Assembly (NCBI GenBank): GCA_965261735.1
Contig: OZ253470.1
Span: forward strand, 4,768,001 to 4,832,000
DNA length: 64,000 nucleotides
Origin: Alphaproteobacteria bacterium
GTDB taxonomy: Bacteria > Pseudomonadota > Alphaproteobacteria > SHVV01
Direction of reading: 5' to 3'
Shown here: piece by piece, positions 46,139 through 55,978 of the stretch
Layout: each line of letters opens with the position of its first letter
Position numbering within the stretch: position 1 is the first letter of the stretch
Notes under the pieces: model-generated
The model's database searches: none
Told to the model about the DNA's origin: nothing
What the model saw: the letters and a program-made list of their open reading frames with translations, nothing else
Made by a program: the position numbers and the translations under genes

Positions 46139-47254
46139 CTACGGGCCACCGCCGGAAGCGATGGTGCTGTAGCGGTCGAGTGCCACGGTCTTGATGAGCG
46201 CGTAGACCTCGCGGCCGGGCGCCACGCCGAGTTCATCGGCCGAGCGCCGGGTGATGCGCGCCCACAGCATGCAGCCGATGTCGATCAGGACATCCCTTTG
46301 CGGGCCGGTATCGCCCGTTACCTCGCGAACGGTCCCATGAAAGACATTCAGGGTGCTGATTCGGGTTGGCGCCTCGATGGCGATCGCTACGTCGCGGGCG
46401 AAGACGCGAACGCGCTGGCGCGTCCCCACCGGCACATTCAGCCGGGAGACCAACAGCGTGCCCCCGGCGAACGCTAGTTTTGTGAGCTCGTAGGTCGAGT
46501 CGTGGCCCGTCACCGTAACCGGCACCACCGCTCCGGCGTCGACGCCACCGGTCAGCTGGCCGAGATCGGGGCGCGCCATCATTTCCTCGACCGGGCCGAC
46601 GGCGACCGCGCGACCCTCGGCCACCAGCACGACCGTGTCCGCAAGGCGTATGATCTCGTCCGCGTTGTGGCTGACGTAAACGATCGGAATCCCGAGTTCG
46701 TCGCGTAGGCCCTCGATGAAGGGGAGTATTTCCGAACGCCGGGCCACGTCGATCCCGGCGAGCGGCTCGTCCATCAGCAGGAGACGAGGGCTCGTGAGCA
46801 GCGCACGGCCGATGGCCACGCGCTGCTTTTCACCGCCCGACAGATGATGGGGCCGGCGTTCGGTGAGGTGGCCGATGCCGAGGAGCTCGATGACCCGATC
46901 GCGATCGACACGTCGTTCGGCCGCGGGCAGCCGGCGCATGCCGTAGCTCAAATTGGCGCCGACGCTCAGGTGAGGGAAGAGACGGCTTTCCTGGAAGACG
47001 TAGCCGATGCGCCGCCGCTCGGGGCGCAGATCGACGCCGGCATCGGAGTCGAAGAGGATGCGACCGCCGACGGCGATCCGCCCTGCATTGGGTCGGGTCA
47101 GGCCCGCCATCATGTCGACGAGTGTGGTCTTGCCGGCGCCGGACGGGCCGAACAGGGCGGTCACGCCGCCGCGCTCGCTCGTGAAGGAGACTTCGAGGCT
47201 GAAGCCGGGGAACTCATGCCGGACGTCGACCTCGATGACCGTGCTGGGGATCAC
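46139..47254 (-). CDS. modC: Molybdate ABC transporter ATPase
   Basis: GPSGAGKTT, LSGGEKQRVAIGRALL, C-terminal TOBE; GTG overlaps modB stop. Confidence 0.96.
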   Translation of the reverse strand: MIPSTVIEVDVRHEFPGFSLEVSFTSERGGVTALFGPSGAGKTTLVDMMAGLTRPNAGRIAVGGRILFDSDAGVDLRPERRRIGYVFQESRLFPHLSVGANLSYGMRRLPAAERRVDRDRVIELLGIGHLTERRPHHLSGGEKQRVAIGRALLTSPRLLLMDEPLAGIDVARRSEILPFIEGLRDELGIPIVYVSHNADEIIRLADTVVLVAEGRAVAVGPVEEMMARPDLGQLTGGVDAGAVVPVTVTGHDSTYELTKLAFAGGTLLVSRLNVPVGTRQRVRVFARDVAIAIEAPTRISTLNVFHGTVREVTGDTGPQRDVLIDIGCMLWARITRRSADELGVAPGREVYALIKTVALDRYSTIASGGGP

Positions 47255-47946
47255 GTGGGGCCTCCGAGTCGCTTGGCCACGCGCCGGGCCAGATATTCGG
47301 ATGCGATCAGCGCCGTCAGCGCCAGGGCCAGCGAGATGACGACCAGGCGAAGGGCGCCGGCCTCGCCGCCGACCGTCTGCGTGAGGGAGTACAGGGCCAG
47401 CGGCAAGGTTCGCGTTTCGCCGGGGACGTTGGAGACAAAGGTGATGGTGGCCCCGAATTCCCCGAGCGAGCGAGCGAAGGCGAGCACGGCGCCGGTGAGT
47501 AGGCCGGACGCGATCAGCGGCAGGGTGACGGTCGCAAACGCCTCGAGAGGTCCCGCTCCGAGCGTACGCGCCGCGACCTCCAGGCGGCGGTCGACGCCCT
47601 CGAGCGACAGCCGGATCGCCCGCACCATGAGCGGAAACGCCATGATCGCCGATGCGATCGCGGCCCCCTGCCACGTGAACACGAGGGTGATATCGAACAC
47701 GTCGTGAAGCCATGCGCCGACAAAGCCGCGCCGGCCGAGCAGGAGGAGCAGGACGTAGCCGACGACGACCGGAGGCAGCACCAGCGGCAGGTGGACGAGC
47801 GCGTTGAGCAGGGTCTTGCCGGGAAAGTCGCGCCGCACCAGCAGCCAGGCGACGAGGAGCCCGAGCGGCAGGGTTACCAGGACGCACCAGAACGCAACCC
47901 TCAGCGACAGCAGGAGGGCCCCCAGTTCGGACGGGCTCAGCGCCAT
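47251..47946 (-). CDS. modB: Molybdate ABC transporter permease
   Basis: HLPLVLPPVVVG, FARSLGEFGATI. Confidence 0.97.
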   Translation of the reverse strand: MALSPSELGALLLSLRVAFWCVLVTLPLGLLVAWLLVRRDFPGKTLLNALVHLPLVLPPVVVGYVLLLLLGRRGFVGAWLHDVFDITLVFTWQGAAIASAIMAFPLMVRAIRLSLEGVDRRLEVAARTLGAGPLEAFATVTLPLIASGLLTGAVLAFARSLGEFGATITFVSNVPGETRTLPLALYSLTQTVGGEAGALRLVVISLALALTALIASEYLARRVAKRLGGPT

Positions 47947-47947
47947 G

Positions 47948-48760
47948 TCAGGACCCGGACGGCGGGCTCGCGGCCAGCGTAAAGCCATGCCGACGAAACA
48001 CCTCGGCGGCCTGCGCCGAGCGCAGGAATTGGGCAAAGCGGCCGGCGAGCGAGCCGCTAGGGCCGGTGACCAGCGCGAAGGGGTAAGAGATCGGCGTGTG
48101 CGAATCGGGCGGGAACTCGGCCACGATCCGCACGCGCGGCTCGATCAGGGCGTCGGTCGCGTAGACGATGCCTGCCGGCGCCTCCCCGCGCGCGATGAGG
48201 AGCAGTGCCGCGCGCACGTCCTGGGTGCCGACGACCCGAGGCGCGACGGCCTCCCACACGCCGAGGCTCTCGAGCGCCTCGCGGGCGTACCTGCCGGCCG
48301 GTACATGGCTCGGATCACCGATGACGAGGCGGCCACCGCCGAGGGCGGCGGCGAGCGGGAACCCGGCTTCGATGGTGAGCGCCAGGGGGCTGTCGCCGGG
48401 CGCGATCAGAACCAGCGTGTTGGAGAGCAGGTCGATCCTGCTCGCGGCCTCGATCCTGCCGCGATCGACCAGATAGTCCATCCAATCCCGGTTCGCCGAC
48501 AGGTAGGCATCGGCGGGCGCACCCTGGGCGATCTGCTTGGCCAGGGTCGAGCTCGATGCGGCCGAAATTCGTATGGCGCCGTGCCCCCCTCGTCGGAAGA
48601 GGTCGCCGATCTCCTCGACCGCGGTGCCAGCGCTCGCCGCGACAAACACCATGGCGGCCCCCTCGGATCCCGCGAGCGACGGGCCGCCGAGCGCCAGCGC
48701 GAAGGTAAAGGCGCCAGCGCGCAGCGCGGCGGTCGCGCTGGCTCGCCTCGTCGCACCCAT
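47948..48760 (-). CDS. modA: Molybdate-binding periplasmic protein
   Basis: AASSSTLAKQI..GAPAD, VPAGRYA, GIVYATDA. Confidence 0.96.
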   Translation of the reverse strand: MGATRRASATAALRAGAFTFALALGGPSLAGSEGAAMVFVAASAGTAVEEIGDLFRRGGHGAIRISAASSSTLAKQIAQGAPADAYLSANRDWMDYLVDRGRIEAASRIDLLSNTLVLIAPGDSPLALTIEAGFPLAAALGGGRLVIGDPSHVPAGRYAREALESLGVWEAVAPRVVGTQDVRAALLLIARGEAPAGIVYATDALIEPRVRIVAEFPPDSHTPISYPFALVTGPSGSLAGRFAQFLRSAQAAEVFRRHGFTLAASPPSGS

Positions 48761-48947
48761 TAGCCGGCTCCCCGCCGCTTGCCCGTGTACCTCGGCATCT
48801 AAATAGCGCGCCGCATCCGATTGGACAGGCCGCCCGGGTCCTCCGGGAAACTGGCGGTCCTGCGCCCGTGATGCATAATGGCTGCCCGCCAAGGGCACTT
48901 GTTTCCCGCGCTGCCCGGGATACATGCCTCAGGGAAGGGAGGGGACC

Positions 48948-49250
48948 ATGCGCTACGTGGTGCGCGACGAGAATGGGAACATCATCACCGTGTTCGCAGA
49001 GCCCCACGACGATGCCGATCCCATCGCATCCGACGATCCCGAGCTCCTCGCCTTCGTGACCGGCGGCGAATCGGAGTCGGCCATGCGCGCCTACCTCGCC
49101 GGCAGCGACGCCGACCTGCTGCGTATCGCCGAGGATCTCGTTTCCGTGCTTATCGACCAGAATCTGATCCTGCTCACCGATTTTCCAGCGGGCGCCCAGC
49201 GCAAGCTGCTCCGTCGCCAGGGCATTCGCCAGAAACTTCAGGCGTTCTAA
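48948..49250 (+). CDS. Conserved hypothetical protein (small family often mislabelled 'tryptophan synthase beta-like')
   Basis: Strong SD; YVVRDENGNI...SDADLLRIAEDLVSVLIDQNLILLTDFPAGAQRKL. Confidence 0.8.
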   Translation: MRYVVRDENGNIITVFAEPHDDADPIASDDPELLAFVTGGESESAMRAYLAGSDADLLRIAEDLVSVLIDQNLILLTDFPAGAQRKLLRRQGIRQKLQAF

Positions 49251-49289
49251 GGGGCAATACGCACCCGCGCTACCGGGTCGCTCGCGCCG

Positions 49290-49718
49290 CTACCCGGGGT
49301 ACAGCTCCTTCGGGTCAATCTCCACATCGGCGACGATCGCGAACTGGCCGTCGCGCACGGCGCGAAAGAAGCAGGATCGCCGCCCCGTGTGGCAGGCGAC
49401 GCCGGTTTGGTCGACGAGCAGAAGCACCGTATCGCCATCGCAATCGATGCGGAACTCGACGAGCCTTTGATGCTGCCCCGAGGTTTCGCCTTTGCGCCAC
49501 AAGGTGCCGCGCGAACGCGACCAATAGCATACGCGACCCGTGCGTAGCGTCTCGGTCACGGCCTCGCGATTCATCCACGCCGTCATCAGCACTTCGCCGC
49601 TGTCGTGCTGTTGGGCGATCGCGGTAACCAGCCCGCGCTCGTCAAAGACGACGGTATCGAGAACGTTAGCGACGACATCTTCGCCTGGCGCCGTGGATGC
49701 GGTCTTCCCTTTGCTCAT
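49290..49718 (-). CDS. hisI: Phosphoribosyl-AMP cyclohydrolase
   Basis: [30 protein letters not shown]. Confidence 0.97.
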   Translation of the reverse strand: MSKGKTASTAPGEDVVANVLDTVVFDERGLVTAIAQQHDSGEVLMTAWMNREAVTETLRTGRVCYWSRSRGTLWRKGETSGQHQRLVEFRIDCDGDTVLLLVDQTGVACHTGRRSCFFRAVRDGQFAIVADVEIDPKELYPG

Positions 49719-49792
49719 GTGTCACCTTACCGACGAGCGGACTCGCGTGCCCGGCTCGCATCATAGCGCGCGCGCCGGGCGCCGCCAGCGCC

Positions 49793-50959
49793 CTAGTCGG
49801 TCGCGCGAAGGCGGGCGAAGCCCTGATCCAGGTCGACGATGAGGTCGTCCAGGTCCTCGAGCCCGGCGTGGATGCGCAGGCTCGGCCCGGGCGCGTCCCA
49901 GGCTGTCGCCGTCCGACTCGACGCCGGGTCGGTCGGCACCATGAGGCTCTCATAGCCACCCCACGAATATCCCAATCCGAACAGCTCGGACGCGTCGATC
50001 AAGGCCGTGCGCGCCGCCTGCGAGCAGGGTTCGAGAACGACGCCGAACAGCCCGGAGGCACCCGAGAAGTCCCGCTGCCACAGCGTGTGGCCCGGATCAT
50101 CGTCGAGCGCCGGATACATCACCCGGGCGACCTCCGGCCGGTCGATGAGCCATCTCGCCAAGCCGAGCGCGTTGGCGTGATGGCGTTCGAGGCGGACCGA
50201 GAGAGTGCGCAGCCCGCGTTGGGCGAGATAGAGATCGTCAGGCCCCGCGCATAGGCCGAGCGTCTGCGTCGTCTCCTGCAGCGCCGGCCAGCACTCGGTG
50301 GTGGTGGTAACCGTCCCGAGCATCGCGTCCGAGTGGCCAACGATGTATTTGGTCGCCGCCTGGATCGACACGTCGACGCCCTTGGCGAAGGGCTCGAAAT
50401 AGAGCGGCGAGGCCCAGGTGTTGTCCATCATCACGCACGCGCCGCGTTCGTGGACAGCCGCCGCGATGGCTGGGATGTCCTGCACCTCGAAGGTCAGCGA
50501 GCCCGGCGATTCGGTGAACACGACCGTGGTGTTGTCGCGCATGAGCGCGGCGATATCGCTCCCGACCAGGGGGTCGTAGTACGTGGTCTCGACGCCGAGG
50601 CGGGCGAGCATCGTGTCGCAGAATCGCCGGGTCGGGCCATAGACCGCGTCGGCGATGAGCACGTGGTCGCCCACTTTCACGAACGCGAGCAGGGCGGCGG
50701 TGATGGCGGCTAGGCCGGAAGGGTAGGTCGCGCAGGCGTGGCCGCCCTCGAGGGTCGCGACCGCCTCCTCCAGCGTCACCGAGGTCGGCGTGCCGCGGCG
50801 GCCATAGATGACGCCCTCGTCGGGGTTTTCGCGCGCCCGGTGTAGGGCTTCGACCGTGGGGAAGAGCACCGTCGAGGCATGGTAGACCGGCGGGTTGACG
50901 ATGCCGTGCTGGTCGAAGGGGTGGCGGCCGGAAATGACGACGGTCGTGTCTCGTTTCAT
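49793..50959 (-). CDS. metC: Cystathionine beta-lyase
   Basis: VNPPVYHASTV, YGRRGTPT, DNTW, ATKYIVGHSD, SWGGYESL. Confidence 0.95.
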   Translation of the reverse strand: MKRDTTVVISGRHPFDQHGIVNPPVYHASTVLFPTVEALHRARENPDEGVIYGRRGTPTSVTLEEAVATLEGGHACATYPSGLAAITAALLAFVKVGDHVLIADAVYGPTRRFCDTMLARLGVETTYYDPLVGSDIAALMRDNTTVVFTESPGSLTFEVQDIPAIAAAVHERGACVMMDNTWASPLYFEPFAKGVDVSIQAATKYIVGHSDAMLGTVTTTTECWPALQETTQTLGLCAGPDDLYLAQRGLRTLSVRLERHHANALGLARWLIDRPEVARVMYPALDDDPGHTLWQRDFSGASGLFGVVLEPCSQAARTALIDASELFGLGYSWGGYESLMVPTDPASSRTATAWDAPGPSLRIHAGLEDLDDLIVDLDQGFARLRATD

Positions 50960-51059
50960 GACGCTACGCTCGACATGGGAGCAGGGGCGGACCGGATCAT
51001 CGCATTCCCGGACCGCTCAAGCCAGGAGGCAGGACTAGGGATGTGGCGGATCGGGATCG

Positions 51060-51166
51060 GGGTCGACGTAGAGACCGTGCGCCGGTTGCGCGGAACGAAG
51101 CCCATGCGTTGGTAGAGGGACAGGGCGCGCGGGTGATCGAAGGTGTTGGTGTAGACGCGCAGCCGC
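51060..51166 (-). pseudogene. C-terminal remnant of a GNAT acetyltransferase fused to sseA
   Basis: RLRVYTNTFDHPRALSLYQRMGF resembles the GNAT C-terminal motif (..T...DHP.AL.LYQ+.GF). Confidence 0.7.
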
Positions 51167-51911
51167 GACGCCGTGACGCCCGAGCCGCAGGTGGTGACGA
51201 CGGCCCGGCCAAGGTCGCCGCGGCGGCCTCGAACGCAGCTCTCAGCGCGGCCTCGTCTCGGAGAAGTCCAGTCTCGGCGTCGATCAGGCGATCGAAGGGC
51301 AAGTTGAGGCTGCCGGGGATATGGCCCGCGCTTATCCCGGGCCTAATTTCCGGTGCGGTGCCCGCGAAGCGCTCGGCCGAGCGCGCGTCGAGTACCTGCT
51401 CGTGCCGGCCGTCGAGATTCGCGCGGATGTCCTCGAGGCCGCGTACCAGCGCCGGATTAAGGCTCGCCTCGAACTCGCGCGGCTCGATAACCGGCGTGCT
51501 GCCTTTGATCGGCCTTCGCTCCGCCCGCCATTTGGGGAGCCCACCGTCGAGCACGGCGACGTTTCCATGGCCAAAGGCGCGAAACGTCCACCAGACCCGC
51601 GCCGCGCTATACAGGCCGCTGCCGTCATAGACCACGACCTGATCGTCGTTTCCGATGCCGAGAGCCGAGACCTCGCGCGCGAACTGCGCGGCGTCGGGGA
51701 GCATGTGCGGGAGCGGATTGGCCGTGTCCTTGATCTCGTCGATATCGAAGAAGCGGGCGCCCGGAATGTGGCCGGCGGCAAACTCCTCGCGCGCGTTGCG
51801 TCCCGAGGCCGGCAGATACCAGGAGCCGTCCAGGACGCGAATGTGGGGATGCGCGAACCGCGACCCTAGCCAGTCGGTTGAAACGACCGTGGTATTGTCA
51901 TACGACATCAA
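51167..51911 (-). pseudogene. sseA: 3-mercaptopyruvate sulfurtransferase, frameshifted near 51220 and truncated after CGSGVTA
   Basis: VSTDWL, GHIPGARFFDID, RVWWTF, LDARS, GHIPGS; VVTTCGSGVTA is out of frame and YDGSW is absent. Confidence 0.85.
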
Positions 51912-51940
51912 TAAGCTCCCTTATCTCATTGATGTGATGG

Positions 51941-52657
51941 TTAAACAAAAGAAACAGTGACTCTTCGATTGCGCCGCCCCTTGCTCTCGATTTTGCTCAC
52001 GGCGACGGCGCCGATTTCCCCGGTTCGCGCCACATGAGTGCCGCCGCAAGCCTGGAGATCGAGGCCCTCGACGCGCACCAGCCGCACCTCGCCGGCGCCG
52101 GCCGGAGGCTTTACCGATAGGGTCTTAACCAGATCCGGCCGGCGCGCGAGATCCGCCTCGGCGATCAACTCGGCGCTGACCGCGGCGTCGTCGCCCACGA
52201 GCCTATTGAGTTCGGCCGTGATTGCCGCCTTGTCGAGCGCGGCGTCGGCCACGTCCAGGTCGAGGCGACCCTTGCCTTCACCGACCTGGCCGCCGGTGAC
52301 GGGATAGGGGAGCACCGCCGACAGCAGGTGAAGGCAGGTGTGCATGCGCATCAGCCTGTGGCGGCGCGACCAGTCGATCTCGGCCGTGACCGTATCGCCG
52401 GGCGCAAGACCCCGCCACGCGGAGTCCGTGGCGGCGAGATGCACGATCGTGCCGGGCTCCTCGCCCTTGACCGCGCTCTCGATGGCGACGTCGCCGTCGG
52501 CGAAGGTGAGCCGCCCGCTGTCTCCAGGCTGCCCGCCGCCGGTGGGATAGAACACCGTGCGGTCGAGTTCGATACGACCGTCGGCGACCGAGATCAGGCG
52601 GGCCTCGCAACGCTTGGCATAGGCATCGGCCTGGAACACGGCTTCGGTGCGCGCCAC
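51941..52657 (-). CDS. AlaX-type alanyl-tRNA editing protein
   Basis: FYPTGGGQPGD, MRMHTCLHLL, CGGTH. Confidence 0.93.
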   Translation of the reverse strand: MARTEAVFQADAYAKRCEARLISVADGRIELDRTVFYPTGGGQPGDSGRLTFADGDVAIESAVKGEEPGTIVHLAATDSAWRGLAPGDTVTAEIDWSRRHRLMRMHTCLHLLSAVLPYPVTGGQVGEGKGRLDLDVADAALDKAAITAELNRLVGDDAAVSAELIAEADLARRPDLVKTLSVKPPAGAGEVRLVRVEGLDLQACGGTHVARTGEIGAVAVSKIESKGRRNRRVTVSFV

Positions 52658-52660
52658 GGC

Positions 52661-53665
52661 TCAGTCCTCCAGCCAGTCCGGCGTCGGCAGCCCCTTTTCG
52701 CGCAGGAACGCCGGGTTGAACAGCCTGCTTTGATAGCGGGTCCCGTAGTCGGCGAGGATCGTGACGATGGTGTGACCGGGCCCTAGCTCCCGGGCCATGC
52801 GTACGGCCCCGGCCACATTGATGCCCGTCGATCCGCCCAGGCACAGCCCCTCCTGGCGCAGTAGGTCGAAAATGTAGGGCAGCGCCTCCGTGTCCGGGAT
52901 CTGGAAGGCCGTGTCGACGGGTGCTCCTTGGAGATTCTCGGTAACGCGGCCCTGGCCGATGCCTTCGGTGATGGAGCTGCCCTCCGCCTTGAGCTCGCCG
53001 TGCGTATAGTAGTTGTACAGGGCGGCCCCCATCGGGTCGGCGAGCGCGATCGTCACATCGGGCTTGCGTTCCTTGAGTGCCATTCCGACGCCGGCAAGGG
53101 TCCCGCCGGTGCCGACCGAGGACACGAAAGCATCGATCTTGCCGTCAGTCTGGCGCCAGATTTCGGGGCCGGTGCCCTCGTAGTGGGCGCGCCGGTTGGC
53201 GACGTTGTCGAACTGATTGGCCCAGATCGCCCCATTGGGCTCCGAGCGCGCGAACTCCTCGGCGAGGCGTCCCGAGATCTTCACGTAGTTGTTGTCGTCG
53301 GCATAGGGCACCGCCGGCACCGGCCGCAGATCGGCTCCGCACAGGCGAAGCATGTCCATCTTCTCCTGGCTCTGCGTGTCGGGAATGACGATCACGCTGC
53401 GGTAGCCGCGCGCATTGCCGACGAGTGCGAGGCCAATACCGGTGTTGCCGGCCGTGCCCTCGACGATGACGCCGCCGGGTCGCAGCAGACCGCGCTCCTC
53501 GGCGTCGCGGATGATGTAGAGGGCGGCCCGGTCCTTGACCGAGTTCCCGGGGTTGAGAAACTCGGCCTTGCCGAGAATCTCGCAGCCGGTGGCCTCGGAG
53601 ACCCGATCCAGGCGAACGAGTGGCGTGTTGCCGATCAGGTCGATGAAGCCGTCTGCGAGTTGCAC
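52661..53665 (-). CDS. cysK: Cysteine synthase A
   Basis: IGNTPL, NPGNSVKDR, EGTAGNTG, GTGGT, EGIG. Confidence 0.93.
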   Translation of the reverse strand: MQLADGFIDLIGNTPLVRLDRVSEATGCEILGKAEFLNPGNSVKDRAALYIIRDAEERGLLRPGGVIVEGTAGNTGIGLALVGNARGYRSVIVIPDTQSQEKMDMLRLCGADLRPVPAVPYADDNNYVKISGRLAEEFARSEPNGAIWANQFDNVANRRAHYEGTGPEIWRQTDGKIDAFVSSVGTGGTLAGVGMALKERKPDVTIALADPMGAALYNYYTHGELKAEGSSITEGIGQGRVTENLQGAPVDTAFQIPDTEALPYIFDLLRQEGLCLGGSTGINVAGAVRMARELGPGHTIVTILADYGTRYQSRLFNPAFLREKGLPTPDWLED

Positions 53666-53747
53666 GGTGGGGAAGGAGCTGGGGAGGCGAGGGCGGTGCA
53701 ATCTAGCGGTCCGCCGGGGCCCGTTCAAGGGCGAGCAAGCCCGGGAG

Positions 53748-54353
53748 CTAGCGCCAGCGCTGGTGAACGCTATCGTGATTGAGCGCGAGCCACTGCAGGC
53801 CAATGACGGCGGCCGCGGTGTTGATGCGACCGGACGCCACGGCTGCGAACGCCTCCTCGCTCGTCATGACCAGGGCGCGGATGTCCTCGTCCTCGTCGTC
53901 CTTGCCGTGGACGCCGCCCGCCGATTCGGCATCGACGCGGCCGAGGAACAGCGTGACGTATTCCGACGATCCGCCGGGGCTCGCAAAGAATCCGCCGATG
54001 GGTTCGAGCGCTTCGAGCGTGAGGCCAGTCTCCTCCTGGGTCTCCTGTCGCGCCACCTCCGCCGGCGCCTCGTCCGCTCCGACGATGCCCGCGACCAGCT
54101 CGATCGGCCGCAGCGGGCCGCCTCCCGCGTGGGAGGCGATGCGGACCTGTTCGATCAACACCACGCGGTCCCGCGCTGGATCGTAGAGCAGAATGGCCGC
54201 GGCGTGGCCGCGCTCGAACACCTCGCGCACCACCACGCGGCTCCAGCCGCCGTCGTAGAGCCGATGGCGAAATCGATATCGGTCGACGCGGAAGAAGCCC
54301 TTGAACGGCGTCTCGATTTCAAGAATTTCGAGGTCCGCGTCGGCACCGGTCAT
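53748..54353 (-). CDS. nudF: ADP-ribose pyrophosphatase (Nudix)
   Basis: REVFERGHAA, Nudix box AG....E....ARQETQEETG, SPGGSSE, EDEDI. Confidence 0.85.
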   Translation of the reverse strand: MTGADADLEILEIETPFKGFFRVDRYRFRHRLYDGGWSRVVVREVFERGHAAAILLYDPARDRVVLIEQVRIASHAGGGPLRPIELVAGIVGADEAPAEVARQETQEETGLTLEALEPIGGFFASPGGSSEYVTLFLGRVDAESAGGVHGKDDEDEDIRALVMTSEEAFAAVASGRINTAAAVIGLQWLALNHDSVHQRWR

Positions 54354-54413
54354 GGCTCTAACGCGGGACAACGGCGCGACGCAAGACGAGCGTCGATGTG
54401 GCGCCCGCCTCGC

Positions 54414-55121
54414 CTAGTAGTAGCGCCAGACGTTGTACTGGTTGTAGTACATGTCGCCGGTGTGGAGCACGGCGAAGCGGACCTCGTCCTGGGTACGCGG
54501 GGTTGTGGCATAGCGCGCCATGGCCGTGGGTCCGAGCGTGCCATGCTCTTCCTCGACGTCCGAGGCGTGTACGGAGAACGACATCAGGCCCTCGTCAGAC
54601 AGGTCGTAGTGCTCGCGCAAGCCCTTTTCCAGCTTGCCGAACACCAGGGGGTTGATGCGCTCGGCCGCGAACGAGACCGACGATATCGACTCGACAAACG
54701 GGCGGTTGCGGATGACGACCTCGAACCAGTGCCGCAGCGCCCAGGACTCGATGCGGATCGGGTCCTGCGCCCGGCGCTCCTCATCCCAGCCGAGCTCGGT
54801 GAGTGAGGTTTCGATCAGCTTCATGTGACCCGCCGTCTGCGAGCTCTCGCCGTGCTCCTCCTCGAGCATGTTCTCGAGGATGCCCTCGCGCAGGTCGTCG
54901 TCGGGGCACTTCGCCCAGAGCACGCCAAACAGCTTGTTCGACGGGTCCGCCCACAGCGAGAACTGATGGAGCCAGCCGGCGATCTGGTCCTTGGTTGCTT
55001 CGCCCTTCTCGACCGCCGCCACGAAAGGATGCTCAAGCCGGTTGCGCACCGGATCGAACAGCCCGTGTTCGAGTTCCTTCAGGAGTTTGTCGTTGCTGGT
55101 CGGCTGTTGTGCGGCAGTCAT
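54414..55121 (-). CDS. Heme-oxygenase-like (PqqC/TenA/CADD-fold) putative diiron enzyme, paralog 2
   Basis: LEHPF, ENMLEEEHG......H, AAE, HASDVEEEH match the E/H/E/H/(D,E)/H ligand layout. Confidence 0.85.
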   Translation of the reverse strand: MTAAQQPTSNDKLLKELEHGLFDPVRNRLEHPFVAAVEKGEATKDQIAGWLHQFSLWADPSNKLFGVLWAKCPDDDLREGILENMLEEEHGESSQTAGHMKLIETSLTELGWDEERRAQDPIRIESWALRHWFEVVIRNRPFVESISSVSFAAERINPLVFGKLEKGLREHYDLSDEGLMSFSVHASDVEEEHGTLGPTAMARYATTPRTQDEVRFAVLHTGDMYYNQYNVWRYY

Positions 55122-55156
55122 GGGGTTCTCCGGTTCGCCGCGCCCGAACGGCGCGC

Positions 55157-55885
55157 CTAGTAGTGCTTCCAGACGTCGTACTGGCGGTAATACATCATCG
55201 CGGTGTGGTCGACGACGAAGCGGATTTGCTCCTGGTCGCGGGCCGTCGTCGCGTAGCGCTCGATCGCGATGGGGCCGAGCGTTGCATGCTCCTCCTCGAT
55301 GTGGGAGGCGTGGACGGAGACCGACATCATCGCCTTCTCGCTGAGGTCGTAATGGGCGAGCAGGCCCTTTTCGATCTTGCCGAACACGAAGGTGTTCATG
55401 CGCTCAGCCGTGAACGAGGTCGCGCAGATCGCCTCGACGAACGGGCGCTGGCGCATGATGACCTCGAGCCAGTGCCGGAAGGCCCAGGATTCGTACTGGG
55501 TGATGTCGGTCGCGCGGCGCTCTTCGCTCCAGCCGAGCTCCCGGATCGTGGCGTCGATCAGCCGCATGTGGCCGGCCGTCTCGGAGCTCTTGCCATACTC
55601 CTCTTCGAGCATGTTCTCGAGCAACCCCTCGCGCAGGTCGTCATCCGGGCAGTTCGACCACATGTCGCCGATGAACTTGTTGCACGGGTCGGCCCACAGC
55701 GAGAACTGATTGAGCCACCCAGCGATCTGATCCTTCGTCGCCGTGCCGTTGAGGACCGCGAGTACGAAGGGGTGTTCGAGGCGGTTGCGCCCGGGGCTGT
55801 CGACGATCCCCAAAAGCTCCTCAACGAACGCCTCGGTGCTCAGGGGTTGTGTTTGGGTTTCCTGCCGCTCCGCCGCAACTGACAT
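55157..55885 (-). CDS. Heme-oxygenase-like putative diiron enzyme, paralog 1
   Basis: SD gaggagga; LEHPF, ENMLEEEYG......H, TAE, HASHIEEEH; clearly homologous to 54414-55121. Confidence 0.85.
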   Translation of the reverse strand: MSVAAERQETQTQPLSTEAFVEELLGIVDSPGRNRLEHPFVLAVLNGTATKDQIAGWLNQFSLWADPCNKFIGDMWSNCPDDDLREGLLENMLEEEYGKSSETAGHMRLIDATIRELGWSEERRATDITQYESWAFRHWLEVIMRQRPFVEAICATSFTAERMNTFVFGKIEKGLLAHYDLSEKAMMSVSVHASHIEEEHATLGPIAIERYATTARDQEQIRFVVDHTAMMYYRQYDVWKHY

Positions 55886-55978
55886 CGCATCATCCTCCTC
55901 TTGAAGGACCGCCATCCTACGCGCTCGCATCGCCGTAGCCAAGAGGATGGCGCGACGAATCGGCCAGTCAAGTGGCGG

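Noticed and set aside
48785-48812. Possible ModE/MopA box upstream of modA (cgctatttag on minus strand)
   Set aside because: Only one half-site resembles the consensus; too weak to call
51900-51960. AT-rich patch with a small inverted repeat (catcaat...attgatg) between alaX and sseA
   Set aside because: Too short to assign; compatible with an ordinary RBS/intergenic region
53748-54353. nudF as part of the pentein/HO-like cluster
   Set aside because: Looks like an ordinary ADP-ribose pyrophosphatase next to cysK; adjacency alone is insufficient, though co-transcription is possible
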